A stretch of DNA of 39,715 nt from an uncultured Planctomycetales bacterium (GTDB lineage Bacteria; Omnitrophota; Gorgyraeia; Zapsychrales; Fredricksoniimonadaceae), in assembly GCA_964498235.1 (NCBI GenBank), contig CAZCHB010000001.1:1-39715 (forward strand), read 5' to 3'. A program made the position numbers and the translations under genes. Under the pieces are notes generated by a model, which searched no databases, was not told the origin of the DNA, and saw only the letters and a program-made list of their open reading frames with translations. Of the stretch, positions 24,841-37,614 are shown one piece after another. Numbering within the stretch: the stretch's first letter is position 1; each line of letters opens with the position of its first letter.

Positions 24841-25824
24841 CTATTTTAACAGCCCTTCCACAGCTGCTTTTTCAGACAAAAGCTCATCTAACGTTACCTT
24901 GATTTTAGCTTGGCCGAAAGCATTGTGGGAAATCCCCTGAACAATGTCCCACGTATCGCCATTTGACCGCACAGGATAGCCAAACATGATTCCTTGAGGA
25001 ATTCCATAGCTGCCGTCAGAAGATACCGCAACCGAAAAAAATTCACCTATCGGGGTCGGCGTAACTAAATTTTTTACTGTGTCAACAATGGCATTCGCCG
25101 CTGATGCCGCGGAAGAAAGCCCTCTAGCCTTAATAACGGCTGCGCCGCGTTTTTGCACTGTTTCAATAAAAACCGTCTCCAGCCATGCACCATCAGAAAT
25201 AACATCAAGCACGGGCTTATTCTTAATTAAAGCATTATAAAAATCAGGATACTGTGTCGCGGAATGATTGCCCCAAATGCCGACTTTCTTGACGTCAATA
25301 ACAGCGGCGCCCGCCTTTTGGGCCAACTGCGCAACCGCACGGTTTTGATCCAACATGGTCATTGCAAAAAAGTTTTTAGAAGGGATGTTCTTACAGACGC
25401 TTTTAGCGATCCACGCATTGGTGTTACAAGGATTCCCGACGACTAAAACTTTACACGTCGGCTTGGCGCTATTGGATAAGGCCTTGCCTTGGTCAATAAA
25501 AACCCCGCCGTTGATTTTCAGTAAATCACCGCGCTCCATCCCCTCCTTGCGGGGAACGCTTCCGACTAACAGCGCCCAATCAACGTCCTTAAAAGCAGTG
25601 TTGGCATCGCTAGACATAGTGATCGATTTAAGCAACGGAAAGGCACAATCATCTAATTCCATGGCCACCCCACCTAAAGCAGGCAGAGCTTTTTCTAATT
25701 CTAAAAGGCTTAGGTCAACCTCAACGTCCTTGCCGAACATTTCCCCTGCGGCAATACGGAATAATAACGCGTAGCCTATTTGGCCTGCGGCTCCTGTTAC
25801 TGCAACTTTGATGCGTTTAGGCAT
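24841..25824 (-). CDS. mdh: Malate dehydrogenase (327-aa type)
   Basis: The protein begins [28 protein letters not shown] (Rossmann motif). Other conserved stretches include VGNPCNTNA and [12 protein letters not shown]. Confidence 0.9.
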   Translation of the reverse strand: MPKRIKVAVTGAAGQIGYALLFRIAAGEMFGKDVEVDLSLLELEKALPALGGVAMELDDCAFPLLKSITMSSDANTAFKDVDWALLVGSVPRKEGMERGDLLKINGGVFIDQGKALSNSAKPTCKVLVVGNPCNTNAWIAKSVCKNIPSKNFFAMTMLDQNRAVAQLAQKAGAAVIDVKKVGIWGNHSATQYPDFYNALIKNKPVLDVISDGAWLETVFIETVQKRGAAVIKARGLSSAASAANAIVDTVKNLVTPTPIGEFFSVAVSSDGSYGIPQGIMFGYPVRSNGDTWDIVQGISHNAFGQAKIKVTLDELLSEKAAVEGLLK

Positions 25825-25915
25825 GTGCGTCCTTTTCTTTTGTCATCCCTTAATGATTTTGTCGTGGATCTGATTCATTTGTGCTCTAGGTGCCCGACAA
25901 AGACATTCAGGCACG

Positions 25916-26716
25916 CTATGATTTAACAATTCCCGGCAAAATAGCACGAGCTTGATCGATTGCTGTACGGCTAATATCCCCATAAACTATTTCTTCCCGG
26001 TCGCCGCTACCTCTGGCGATTACTTCTCCCCAAGGAGAAATAATCATGCTGTTGCCATAAGCTTCTACCCCGCGAGCATCAGCGCCAACCTGATTCGGCG
26101 CCAAAACATAGCTTAAATTTTCAATGGCCCTGGCTCTCAATAATGTTTCCCAGTGGGCTTCTCCTGTCTTTTTCGTAAAACATGACGGGACTGTCAATAT
26201 ATGAACGCCTTTTTTACCATAAGCCGCATACAAATCAGGGAAACGTAAATCATAACATATTGAAAGACCTAGATTAAAGTCATCAGCCTTTGTCATGACC
26301 GTTTTTTTACCCGCCACAAAACAATCTGATTCGCGAATTATCTTATCACCAATGCGTGCGTCAAATAAGTGAATTTTACGATATTTTATGCTGATCTTGC
26401 CTTGTGGGTTAAGCAGGATTGATGTGTTGTAACACTTTTTAGAAGTTGAGCTTCGCTCAAAAATTGAACCCAGTAATATATGAGCATTGTATTCCTTGGC
26501 GAGACTGGCAAAAGGCAGGACAGAAGCGTCAGGAATGGTCTCTGCCGCGGCATACAATTTTGAAGGGACCCGGGCATCTCCTCGCCAATGGAACACTTCC
26601 GGCAATAACACAAAAGAGGATTTTTGTTTCAGCGCTTCCCTAACAAAAACAACTGCGCGCGCAATATTATCTGTTTTATCAGCGCCGGCATTAAATTGAA
26701 TCAGGGCAACGCGCAT
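25916..26716 (-). CDS. Carbon-nitrogen hydrolase (nitrilase superfamily, Nit/omega-amidase-like)
   Basis: The 266-aa protein has E-K-C triad contexts: LLPEVF, YRKIHLFD, LGLSICYDLRFP. Confidence 0.8.
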   Translation of the reverse strand: MRVALIQFNAGADKTDNIARAVVFVREALKQKSSFVLLPEVFHWRGDARVPSKLYAAAETIPDASVLPFASLAKEYNAHILLGSIFERSSTSKKCYNTSILLNPQGKISIKYRKIHLFDARIGDKIIRESDCFVAGKKTVMTKADDFNLGLSICYDLRFPDLYAAYGKKGVHILTVPSCFTKKTGEAHWETLLRARAIENLSYVLAPNQVGADARGVEAYGNSMIISPWGEVIARGSGDREEIVYGDISRTAIDQARAILPGIVKS

Positions 26717-26719
26717 AAT

Positions 26720-27355
26720 CTATTTTTTAAGCTGCGCTCCGTATTCTTGATAACATTTGGTATAAAAAGGCTCTTTTTTCAATTCATTGCGCCAGTTAGT
26801 AAGTTTTGGATAAGCGCTTAAATTAATCCCGGCTAATTCCGACGGCTCTAAGGTGGCAAAAAGTATAACATCCGGCAGGGTCAGCTCATCTCCGACGATG
26901 TATTTGTGTTTGCTTAATTGATTCTCAAGGATTGGAAAATACATGTCCAAAAATTTTAGCGCATCTGCCAAAGCTTGCTCATTGACAGGACGATTCATGC
27001 GCGGCGCGAAAATACGGCTAAAAGCAACTGTTGCGCCGTGCACACCAATATGCGCGGCAATAAAATCAATCCATTGTTCAATCACCATGCGCTGCTTTAA
27101 ATCCTTAGGATAAATCGGTGAATTATTTTTTTCCGCTAAATATTTACAGCAGGCATTGCTTTCAAATAAATAAAAACCATTATCATCAATGGCAGGAATC
27201 TTGCCGACGGGATTTATTTTTAAGAACCATTCTTGTTTTTGTTCTCCATCCCGTAAATTAATAATTTGCCATTTGTAATCAAGACCTAGGTAGCTCGCCG
27301 TCAAGCGAACTTTAATGGCTGGACCAGATAAATCTGAACCGTAAATGGTTAGCAT
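26720..27355 (-). CDS. Glutathione S-transferase family protein
   Basis: The 211-aa protein has an N-terminal thioredoxin-like fold motif (GKIPAIDDNGFYLFESNACCKYL) and a GST_C-like helical half. Confidence 0.75.
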   Translation of the reverse strand: MLTIYGSDLSGPAIKVRLTASYLGLDYKWQIINLRDGEQKQEWFLKINPVGKIPAIDDNGFYLFESNACCKYLAEKNNSPIYPKDLKQRMVIEQWIDFIAAHIGVHGATVAFSRIFAPRMNRPVNEQALADALKFLDMYFPILENQLSKHKYIVGDELTLPDVILFATLEPSELAGINLSAYPKLTNWRNELKKEPFYTKCYQEYGAQLKK

Positions 27356-27448
27356 AATCTTACCTCAAGTTGTTTTAAGAAATTGGAATCCCCAGCGGCC
27401 ATGCCTGCCGGCATGGATTTGAAACGTTTATATCCTCAAATTTAATTC

Positions 27449-27476
27449 TTGACTCTAATAAAACATTACATATAAT
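27449..27476 (+). promoter_or_regulatory. Candidate promoter for tRNA-Glu (TTGACT-16 nt-TATAAT)
   Basis: TTGACT lies at 27449-27454 and TATAAT at 27471-27476. The tRNA starts about 37 nt downstream. Confidence 0.5.
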
Positions 27477-27512
27477 AGGGCAATCATTTTACGAATATTC
27501 TTCGTGCTTTCT

Positions 27513-27589
27513 GACCCCATCGTCTAGCCCGGTCAGGACAAGAGCTTTTCAAGCTCTCGGCGCGGGTTCAAATCCCGCTGGGGTCACCA
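27513..27589 (+). tRNA. tRNA-Glu (anticodon UUC), with CCA encoded
   Basis: I folded it by hand. The acceptor stem is GACCCCA/TGGGGTC, the D stem GTCT/GGAC, and the anticodon stem AGAGC/GCTCT with loop TTTTCAA (anticodon TTC). The T arm is GCGGG-TTCAAAT-CCCGC, followed by discriminator A and CCA. Confidence 0.9.
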
Positions 27590-27594
27590 AATTT

Positions 27595-30054
27595 TTATTC
27601 TTCTTCTTCCTTTCCAACCACATGCGCAATTGATGATACGGCATCGCCCTTGGTTAAAGCGATCAATTTAACACCAATGGCACTGCGGCCGGTTTCGCGT
27701 ATTTCCGACGGAGACGAACGCACGACCATCCCCTGCTTGGTCACGGCCATAATCTCATCATCGTCATTGGTTGTCATCACTCCAACAACAGGGCCATTTT
27801 TGTCGGTTAATTTAACATTAATGATCCCCTTGCCCGCGCGTGATTGAGTGCGGTAATCGGCAAAATCGGAACGTTTCGCATACCCCAGTTCACAGACAGT
27901 CAATAGCTTGGCGCCCGTTTTATCCACGTCAGGCGCGAAAACCAACATGCCGACTACATAATCGCCCTTGTCCAAATTAATCCCATGCACACCCTTGGCA
28001 GAGCGCCCCATATCCCGTAATTGCTTCTCAGGAAAGCGTAACGCAATGCCCATATGCGTGGCAAGCAGCACATCTTCCTTGCCGTTGCTTAAAGCAACGC
28101 CGATTAATTCATCGCCCTTCTCCAGACCAATACCGACGATGCCGCCTTTGCGCGGGTTACCAAAGGCTGAGACAACCGTCTTTTTAACTAGCCCCATCTT
28201 TGTAGCAAAGACCAAGTATTGATCTTCACGGAATTCTTTAACCGCAACGATGGCGCTGATTTTCTCATCGGGCTTGAATGAAAGCAGGTTCACAATGGCC
28301 TTGCCCTTGGCTGTCCGCGAAGCGACAGGAATTTCATAAACTTTAAGCCAGCGCACTGCGCCTGTATTAGCAAAAATCAATAAATAATCTTTAGATGAGG
28401 CGACAAACATGCGCTCCACAAAATCTTCATCGGATGTTGTCATCGCGGTCACACCCTTGCCCCCGCGTTTTTGCGAACGGTAAGCTTCAACGGGCAGCCG
28501 CTTAATATACCCCTTATTGCTAATGGTAATCGCCATGTCTTCGTCGGCAATCATGTCTTCGATTTCAATGTCTTCCGCCTTGCCGGCGATCTCTGTTCGT
28601 CGGGGATCAGCGTATTTTTTTCTGATCTCAGCAAGCTCGTCCTTGATGATCGCATCAACCCGCTTGTCTGAGGACAAAATCGCGCGGTAATTCTCAATGT
28701 CCTTGAGCAGCTGCTGGTACTCAGCTTCAATCTTGTCGCGCTCAAGGGCCGCCAAGCGTTGTAGTTGCATTTCCAAAATAGCCTGCGCCTGCGCTTCTGA
28801 TAATTCAAATTTTTTGATTAATGCTTCTTTAGCATCTGCTGTCGTTTTTGAAGCACGGATGGTCTTAATGATTTCGTCTAAAAACTTAAAAGCGATCTTA
28901 AACCCTTCTAAAATGTGGGCCCTGCGGATAGCCTTATCCAAGTCAAATTGCGTACGGCGGCGGATAACAACACGGCGGTGCGCAATATAATACGTCATTA
29001 ATTGCTTCAAATTCAGAACCTTGGGCGATTTATTAACCAAGGCTAAATTAATAATCCCGAAGGTGACTTCCATTTGCGTGTGCTTATACAAATAATTCAG
29101 CACAATGTTAGGATCCGCATCCCGGCGCAATTCAATAACAACACGGATGCCATCCTTATCGCTCTCATCGCGGATATCAGTAATGCCGTCGATCTGCTTG
29201 TTCTGGACTAAGGCGGCAATGGCCGTTATTAAATTGGCCTTATTAACCTGATACGGAAGTTCATTAATGATAATCGACTCACGGTTTCCCTTTTGCTGCT
29301 CAGTCGAAGCTTTCGCGCGGATGGTAATCTTTCCGCGTCCGGTGTTATACGCATCCACGATCCCTTCGCGTCCGCAAATAATGCCTGCGGTGGGAAAATC
29401 AGGCCCTTTAACAAATTTCATCAGCTCTTTGATGGACGCATCCGGATTATCCAATAAATAAATAATCCCATCAACCGTCTCGCCTAGATTGTGGGGAGGC
29501 ATATTGGTGGCCATCCCGACGGCAATCCCCGATGACCCATTCACAATCAAATTAGGGATCATGCCAGGCAGGATGGTCGGCTCTTCCAAAGATCCGTCGA
29601 AGTTCGGTGTAAAATCAACCGTTTGTTTTTCAATGTCATCCATCATCTGTTCAGAAACAGCAGCCATCCGAGCCTCGGTGTAACGCATAGCTGCAGCCGC
29701 ATCCCCGTCGATTGAACCAAAGTTTCCTTGGCCGTCAATCAATGGATAACGCAAACTAAAATCCTGCACCATCCGCACCATGGTGTCATATACAGCGGAA
29801 TCCCCGTGCGGGTGATATTTACCTAAAACTTCCCCGACAATACGCGCGCTTTTCTTATACGGCTTATTGTGCTGCAGGTTTAGTTCCTGCATGGCATATA
29901 AAATACGGCGGTGAACCGGTTTTAACCCGTCGCGCACATCCGGCAACGCCCGTCCGACAATAACTGACATCGAATACGAAAGGTAAGAATTCTTCATTTC
30001 GTCTTCAATATAGACCGGGACAATTCTTTCTTTTTTATTTAAATCACGTGACAT
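27595..30054 (-). CDS. gyrA: DNA gyrase subunit A
   Basis: The 819-aa protein contains [19 protein letters not shown], the active-site Tyr context [11 protein letters not shown], and C-terminal beta-pinwheel repeats. Confidence 0.97.
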   Translation of the reverse strand: MSRDLNKKERIVPVYIEDEMKNSYLSYSMSVIVGRALPDVRDGLKPVHRRILYAMQELNLQHNKPYKKSARIVGEVLGKYHPHGDSAVYDTMVRMVQDFSLRYPLIDGQGNFGSIDGDAAAAMRYTEARMAAVSEQMMDDIEKQTVDFTPNFDGSLEEPTILPGMIPNLIVNGSSGIAVGMATNMPPHNLGETVDGIIYLLDNPDASIKELMKFVKGPDFPTAGIICGREGIVDAYNTGRGKITIRAKASTEQQKGNRESIIINELPYQVNKANLITAIAALVQNKQIDGITDIRDESDKDGIRVVIELRRDADPNIVLNYLYKHTQMEVTFGIINLALVNKSPKVLNLKQLMTYYIAHRRVVIRRRTQFDLDKAIRRAHILEGFKIAFKFLDEIIKTIRASKTTADAKEALIKKFELSEAQAQAILEMQLQRLAALERDKIEAEYQQLLKDIENYRAILSSDKRVDAIIKDELAEIRKKYADPRRTEIAGKAEDIEIEDMIADEDMAITISNKGYIKRLPVEAYRSQKRGGKGVTAMTTSDEDFVERMFVASSKDYLLIFANTGAVRWLKVYEIPVASRTAKGKAIVNLLSFKPDEKISAIVAVKEFREDQYLVFATKMGLVKKTVVSAFGNPRKGGIVGIGLEKGDELIGVALSNGKEDVLLATHMGIALRFPEKQLRDMGRSAKGVHGINLDKGDYVVGMLVFAPDVDKTGAKLLTVCELGYAKRSDFADYRTQSRAGKGIINVKLTDKNGPVVGVMTTNDDDEIMAVTKQGMVVRSSPSEIRETGRSAIGVKLIALTKGDAVSSIAHVVGKEEEE

Positions 30055-30097
30055 GTAAAACCTTTCTGTGTACGGGCGGGAAGACCCCGCCCCTACG

Positions 30098-32799
<2,702 letters not shown>

Positions 32800-32826
32800 A
32801 ATTCAACATAAAAATTTATTTTTTCT

Positions 32827-33915
32827 TTATAAACGCATGGGCAATGCTAAATACAGGTAGTCCCTTAACCTTAACACACATGGTTTATCCGGCCCTAAAA
32901 ATTCAAAATCAATCCGTTCATCGCTAATATTTTTTAACACATCAATAAAAAATTGCGGATTAAATCCAACCATTAGTTCTTGTTGGCCATATTCAACATT
33001 AATTTCTTCGCGGCATTCTCCAACATCCGGTGTATTTTTTGAAATCACCAGCTTTTCTTTAAATAATTCAAATTTAATCGCTTGAAAATCAGGTGTTGAT
33101 AATAAATTTGCCCGGCGTATTGCCGCTAATAAGTCTTGGGTTCTAATTTTTACTTTAGTAGGAATTTCTTTTGGAATAACCTGCTTATAATTAGGGAATT
33201 CCCCTTCAATAATTCGTGTCGCGATTAAAACACCGTCAATATTAAACAACACTTGATTAATGCCGCTAATAATCGTGCAGTTACCTGTATCTTTTAGATT
33301 ACGGTTAATTTCTGCAATAGCCTTAATAGGAAGAATAATATTAAAATCTTTAATACTGCTTTGAATTAATTTCTTTTCAATTTTTGCTAAACGCCGGCCA
33401 TCGGTCGCCACCATTAATACTTTATCTCCGCTAATCTCTAGTAAAATACCATTTAAAACATATCGTGATTCTTCATACGACACTGCAAAATTTGTTAAGC
33501 GGATCATTTCTTTTAAGTCTGCTTGTTTTATCAATACAGCATCTTTGTCTTTAAATTCTGGGAATTTTGGAAATTCTTCTTTAGGCAAACCATTTAATTT
33601 AAAACGGCAGTTAGTTCCTTCAATCTCAATTTGATTGTTCTTACGCGCGTAAATAATCACATCTCCTGTTGGCAGTTCACGGATAATATCACTAAATTTT
33701 TTTGCAGGAATAGTTATTGCCCCTTGTTCAAGGTTATGCACAGGCAATTCACAGGATATACCAATATCTAAATCAGTCGCGTTTAACTTTAAAACATCAT
33801 CCTTAGCTTCTAAAAGCATATTAGATAGAATTGGTAGTGTGGCTTTTGATGAGACAATATTGCCTACCACTTGAATACCGCCTAAAAGTTCTTCCTTGCT
33901 TATTTTAATTTTCAT
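32827..33915 (-). CDS. dnaN: DNA polymerase III beta sliding clamp
   Basis: The 362-aa protein has typical length and context. It begins MKIKISKEELLGGIQVVGNIVSSKATLPILSNMLLEA and ends LALPMRL. Confidence 0.93.
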   Translation of the reverse strand: MKIKISKEELLGGIQVVGNIVSSKATLPILSNMLLEAKDDVLKLNATDLDIGISCELPVHNLEQGAITIPAKKFSDIIRELPTGDVIIYARKNNQIEIEGTNCRFKLNGLPKEEFPKFPEFKDKDAVLIKQADLKEMIRLTNFAVSYEESRYVLNGILLEISGDKVLMVATDGRRLAKIEKKLIQSSIKDFNIILPIKAIAEINRNLKDTGNCTIISGINQVLFNIDGVLIATRIIEGEFPNYKQVIPKEIPTKVKIRTQDLLAAIRRANLLSTPDFQAIKFELFKEKLVISKNTPDVGECREEINVEYGQQELMVGFNPQFFIDVLKNISDERIDFEFLGPDKPCVLRLRDYLYLALPMRL

Positions 33916-34085
33916 GATGTTATCCTTACCTTATCTACTTTTATTTTTAAGATTTCTTAAAACAGCCGTCTTATTAGTAAGGGCTGTGGATAAATTGAAT
34001 TACAAATAAAAGTCATTTATTTTCAATAACTTAGAATATTAACACCTGTGGATAACCCGTTTATAACTTTTTTACTTATTCAAGT
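33916..34085. promoter_or_regulatory. Candidate oriC segment 1 (dnaA-dnaN intergenic): two perfect DnaA boxes in AT-rich DNA
   Basis: TGTGGATAA (the complement of TTATCCACA) occurs at 33985-33993 and 34047-34055. Two 2-mismatch boxes (TTATCCTTA, TTATCTACT) lie near 33920-33945, and the flanks are AT-rich. Confidence 0.55.
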
Positions 34086-35417
34086 TTATTCTAATAACAT
34101 TACAGCTAATTGATCAACAATTTTTTTTGTTTCTTTATTAGTGGTTAGTTCTAATTCAATTTTTTTAAAAGCATGTAGGATGGTAGTATGGTCTTTCCCT
34201 CCAAAAGCCCCGCCAATTTCAGGTAATGAATGCGTGGTTAATTTGCGGGATAGGTACATGGCCACTTGCCGCGGTAAAATAATATTTTTATGGCGTTTTT
34301 TGGTTTTTAAATCTGCAACATGGATGTTAAAGAACGCCGCAACTTCTTTTTGCACCATTTCAACACTAATGGTTTTAACTGTTTCTTTAACCATATCTTT
34401 TAACACATTTTTTGCGACTTGCAAGGAAATGGGCTTATCTTCTAATAATGAATACGCAACAACACGGATCAGGGCCCCTTCTAGTTCACGGATATTTGTT
34501 TTTATTTCACTGGCAATAAAGGTCACCACATCGTCGGGAACAACCACCGATTCTAATTCCAGCTTCTTTTTAAGGATGGCGACGCGTGTTTCATAATCCG
34601 GGGGTTGGATGTCGGTGATCAGTCCCCAGGCAAAACGCGATACTAAGCGTTCTTCTAAATTCGAAATTTCTTTTGGCGGACGATCAGAGCAAATAATGAT
34701 TTGTTTACGGTGGTCGTGCAAGGTATTAAATGTATGAAAAAATTCTTCTTGGGTAGATTCTTTGCCGGCGATAAAATGGATATCATCAATTAACAATACG
34801 TCGATGCCGCGGTATTTTTGACGGAAACTTTCAGCTGAGCGGTGGCGGATAGCATTAATTAATTCATTTGTAAATTGTTCAGATGAAATGTAACACACTT
34901 TTAAACTCGGATGCTTGCGGGCAACTTCTTGTGTAATGGCCTGCATTAGGTGGGTCTTACCTAGTCCAACCGGCCCATAAATGAATAATGGATTATAAGC
35001 TCTGGCCGGAGATTCAGCGACGGCCTGAGCAGCTGCAAAGGCAAATCGGTTTGAGGGTCCAACGACAAAGTTTTCAAACAGGAAGCGCTGGTTAAGGTTC
35101 TGTGCGGATTTAACTGCTGGATCAAAATGGGTTTCAAGTTTATTTAAACGTTCCTTGGCAGGAGCAGTCAATAGCTGGGCATTGACTTCAAAAACAACCT
35201 TGGCTTCTCCCCCGCCCTCCTGCCGCATCAGGCGTTCAATGGTAGCGCTGTAGTGTTCGACTATCCAACCTTTAAAAAATTCATCCGGCGTCTCAACAAT
35301 AACAACCCCGTCTCGGTCAAAGGCTTTTAAGCTGCCGAACCATGTATCATATGAGGTGTCGCCGACACTTGTTTTTAAGGAAGACTGTATTTTTTGCCAA
35401 ACAAACAATGGATTCAT
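34086..35417 (-). CDS. dnaA: Chromosomal replication initiator DnaA
   Basis: The 443-aa protein has Walker A (GPVGLGKTHL), Walker B (VLLIDDIHF), and a C-terminal DnaA-box-binding HTH (HKNIILPRQVAMYLSRKLT...IGGAFGGKDHTTILHA). Confidence 0.97.
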   Translation of the reverse strand: MNPLFVWQKIQSSLKTSVGDTSYDTWFGSLKAFDRDGVVIVETPDEFFKGWIVEHYSATIERLMRQEGGGEAKVVFEVNAQLLTAPAKERLNKLETHFDPAVKSAQNLNQRFLFENFVVGPSNRFAFAAAQAVAESPARAYNPLFIYGPVGLGKTHLMQAITQEVARKHPSLKVCYISSEQFTNELINAIRHRSAESFRQKYRGIDVLLIDDIHFIAGKESTQEEFFHTFNTLHDHRKQIIICSDRPPKEISNLEERLVSRFAWGLITDIQPPDYETRVAILKKKLELESVVVPDDVVTFIASEIKTNIRELEGALIRVVAYSLLEDKPISLQVAKNVLKDMVKETVKTISVEMVQKEVAAFFNIHVADLKTKKRHKNIILPRQVAMYLSRKLTTHSLPEIGGAFGGKDHTTILHAFKKIELELTTNKETKKIVDQLAVMLLE

Positions 35418-35668
35418 TATAGACGGGTAAAGCCTTTAATTAGACACAAGTTATCCACAGCTGTGAATATCTCCGACGGTAAAAGTACTTTCAGGAAGGC
35501 CATTATAACAAACAAAAACGGTAATGCAATAGAATTTGTGCTAACCCTTAGCAATTTCTGTCTTTTTATTCCGCCCATTACCCCAAATCCCTTGACTTCA
35601 AGAAGGACTATGCTATAATTTCCAAATTATTTTAAAGTCGAAACACTTAACAAAAATAGAGGTATGTC
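35418..35668. promoter_or_regulatory. Candidate oriC segment 2 and the divergent dnaA/rpmH control region
   Basis: A perfect TTATCCACA at 35451-35459 abuts an inverted 2-mismatch box (TGTGAATAT at 35462-35470). Gene orientation switches here: everything to the left is on the minus strand (except tRNA-Glu), and everything to the right is on the plus strand. Confidence 0.5.
35592..35619 (+). promoter_or_regulatory. Candidate rpmH promoter (TTGACT-16 nt-TATAAT)
   Basis: TTGACT lies at 35592-35597 and TATAAT at 35614-35619, about 50 nt upstream of the rpmH GTG. Confidence 0.5.
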
Positions 35669-35812
35669 GTGAAAAAGCATTTAAAAACACCAACGAATTT
35701 AGTAGGAAAAAAAAGACACGGTTTTCGTAAACGCATGGCTACCGCCGACGGAAGAGAAGTATTAGCCCGCCGCCGCGCTAAAGGCCGTCGAAAGCTTATT
35801 CCATCAGCCTAA
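35669..35812 (+). CDS. rpmH: 50S ribosomal protein L34 (47 aa, GTG start; not in the ORF track)
   Basis: My hand translation is [47 protein letters not shown]. This contains the L34 signature HGFRxRMAT..GRxVLxRRRAKGR. Confidence 0.9.
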   Translation: MKKHLKTPTNLVGKKRHGFRKRMATADGREVLARRRAKGRRKLIPSA

Positions 35813-35818
35813 ATTATA

Positions 35819-36040
35819 TTGTTAACAATGATCCCAAAGGTTCTTATTGCTACCATCAGAATCTATCAGCAGGCATCCTTCCTGTTGGCAATTCGATGTT
35901 GCCGTTTTTATCCTTCGTGCTCACAGTATGCGATTGATGCTGTATCCAAACATGGCGTAACCCGAGGAACTGCAATGGCTTTTAATCGTATTTTACGCTG
36001 CTCACCATTATCCCAAGGCGGATTTGATCCAGTAAGGTAG
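35819..36040 (+). CDS. yidD: Membrane protein insertion efficiency factor YidD (the real start is possibly the ATG at 35828)
   Basis: The motif [45 protein letters not shown] is the YidD signature. Confidence 0.85.
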   Translation: MLTMIPKVLIATIRIYQQASFLLAIRCCRFYPSCSQYAIDAVSKHGVTRGTAMAFNRILRCSPLSQGGFDPVR

Positions 36041-36047
36041 ATAAACA

Positions 36048-37610
36048 ATGAATCAGAAGACACTTTTAGCAATTATTCTTTCCATTATGGTTCTATTTGG
36101 GTATGAAGCTATATTTGTTGCTCCAAAACGTGCCCAAATGTTAAAAGAATCGAAAAGTATTACTGAAAAAGAACTTACGCAAAATAAAGAAATTTTAACT
36201 CAGGTCACGGACGCCGTCCAAGAAAAAACCAAAAACAAGCAATTTGAAGGCAAAATATGGGAAATTAAAACCCCTTCATTTGTATCACATGTGACAAATG
36301 AGGGCGGCGCGCTCCATAATATTAAGGTGGGGGCAGGACACGCCTTTCCTTTAAACCAAATTATCACCATCAAGGGGATTAGTGAGTCGGAATTCAAATT
36401 GGTTTCACAAAACGCAGATAAGACGGTTTTATCATACCAAGATGATAAAAAGAGGGTTTTAAAGACATATGAAGTTAAGGATCGGAATACAATTTTAGCC
36501 AGAGTGGACATTAATTCAAAAGAAATGTCCAGTCTGGACAATGTTCAGTTTCAGATTTTCAGAGTGGACAATTCTTTGATTGATAGTAATGACAAACGTG
36601 ACATGGGGCTGGAGGAGTACTCAGTATCAGCTAATAAGAAAATATTTAGAAAAAACAATATTTCGAAATTTAATCCAAAAGAAAATAAGATTGAATCGAT
36701 TGATATTGACTGGGCAGGATTCCGGAATCATTTTTCAACCATTGTTATTCATCCTGATTTTGCGACGAAAGCCTATGAAATAAATACAGTTACAGAAAAA
36801 CAGTTAAGTATATATGTGACGCCTGCAAGCCAAAGCACCAGCTATGAATTTACCTGCTATATAGGACCTCAAGATCCAGCGCTCATGAAGAAGTACGAAA
36901 AGGGGATTGAAAACATATTTGCCTTTTTTAATTGGAATGTGCTCGATATTTTTGCCAAGGCAATATATTTCACAATTCCTTTTCTACATTCTATATTTAA
37001 AAGTTGGGGATTTAGTATTATTTTGATTAGTCTGATTATTTATGGGTTAACATATCCGCTAACATTTAAAAGCATGATGTCTATGCGAAAAATGCAGCAA
37101 GTCCAGCCGAAGATCAAGGCATTACAAGACCGTTTTAAAAATGACCCGCAGAAGCTAAATACTGAAATTATGGATATATACAAGAAAGAAAAGATTAATC
37201 CGCTGGGGGGGTGTTTACCGTTCCTGCTTCAAATGCCCATTTTTGTTGCTTTATATCAAGTGTTGTGGAGATCTTATTATTTTCAAGGAGAATCATTTCT
37301 ATGGATTAAAGATTTAGCCCTGCCTGACAGGCTATTTATTATGCCTTTTTCCTTGCCTTTATTAGGAAATGAATTTAATATATTACCATTGTTAATGGCG
37401 GCAGTTATGTTTTTACAACAGAAGATTTCGTCTAAAAATTTGGTTGTCACCGACGAGCAGCAGGCTATGCAGCAAAAAATGATGTTATATTTATTTCCGA
37501 TTTTTATAGGTTTTATTTTTTATAAATTTGCCAGCGGGCTATCGCTATATTTTACTGTTTTTTATGCTTTATCCGCCGCAACGCAGTGGAAAATGAGTAA
37601 GATAAAATAG
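36048..37610 (+). CDS. yidC: Membrane protein insertase YidC (long form with a periplasmic P1 domain)
   Basis: The 520-aa protein has an N-terminal TM segment and the conserved core NPLGGCLPFLLQMPIFVALYQVL...LYLFPIFIGFIFYKFASGLSLYF. Confidence 0.93.
   Translation: MNQKTLLAIILSIMVLFGYEAIFVAPKRAQMLKESKSITEKELTQNKEILTQVTDAVQEKTKNKQFEGKIWEIKTPSFVSHVTNEGGALHNIKVGAGHAFPLNQIITIKGISESEFKLVSQNADKTVLSYQDDKKRVLKTYEVKDRNTILARVDINSKEMSSLDNVQFQIFRVDNSLIDSNDKRDMGLEEYSVSANKKIFRKNNISKFNPKENKIESIDIDWAGFRNHFSTIVIHPDFATKAYEINTVTEKQLSIYVTPASQSTSYEFTCYIGPQDPALMKKYEKGIENIFAFFNWNVLDIFAKAIYFTIPFLHSIFKSWGFSIILISLIIYGLTYPLTFKSMMSMRKMQQVQPKIKALQDRFKNDPQKLNTEIMDIYKKEKINPLGGCLPFLLQMPIFVALYQVLWRSYYFQGESFLWIKDLALPDRLFIMPFSLPLLGNEFNILPLLMAAVMFLQQKISSKNLVVTDEQQAMQQKMMLYLFPIFIGFIFYKFASGLSLYFTVFYALSAATQWKMSKIK
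36499..36576. repeat. Three palindrome-family sites at exact 30-bp spacing inside the yidC coding sequence
   Basis: F1 is CCAGAGTGGACATTAATT (centre 36503). F2 has a perfect core TGTCCAGTCTGGACA at 36526-36540 (centre 36533). F3 is CAGAGTGGACAATT (centre 36563). The region encodes ARVDINSKEMSSLDNVQFQIFRVDNS. Confidence 0.85.
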
Positions 37611-37614
37611 CACA

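Noticed and set aside
27399-27416. The hairpin CCATGCC-tgcc-GGCATGG upstream of the GST gene could be a terminator.
   Set aside because: No U-run follows it on the minus strand, and nothing upstream on the plus strand needs terminating. It is probably just 5'-UTR structure or chance.
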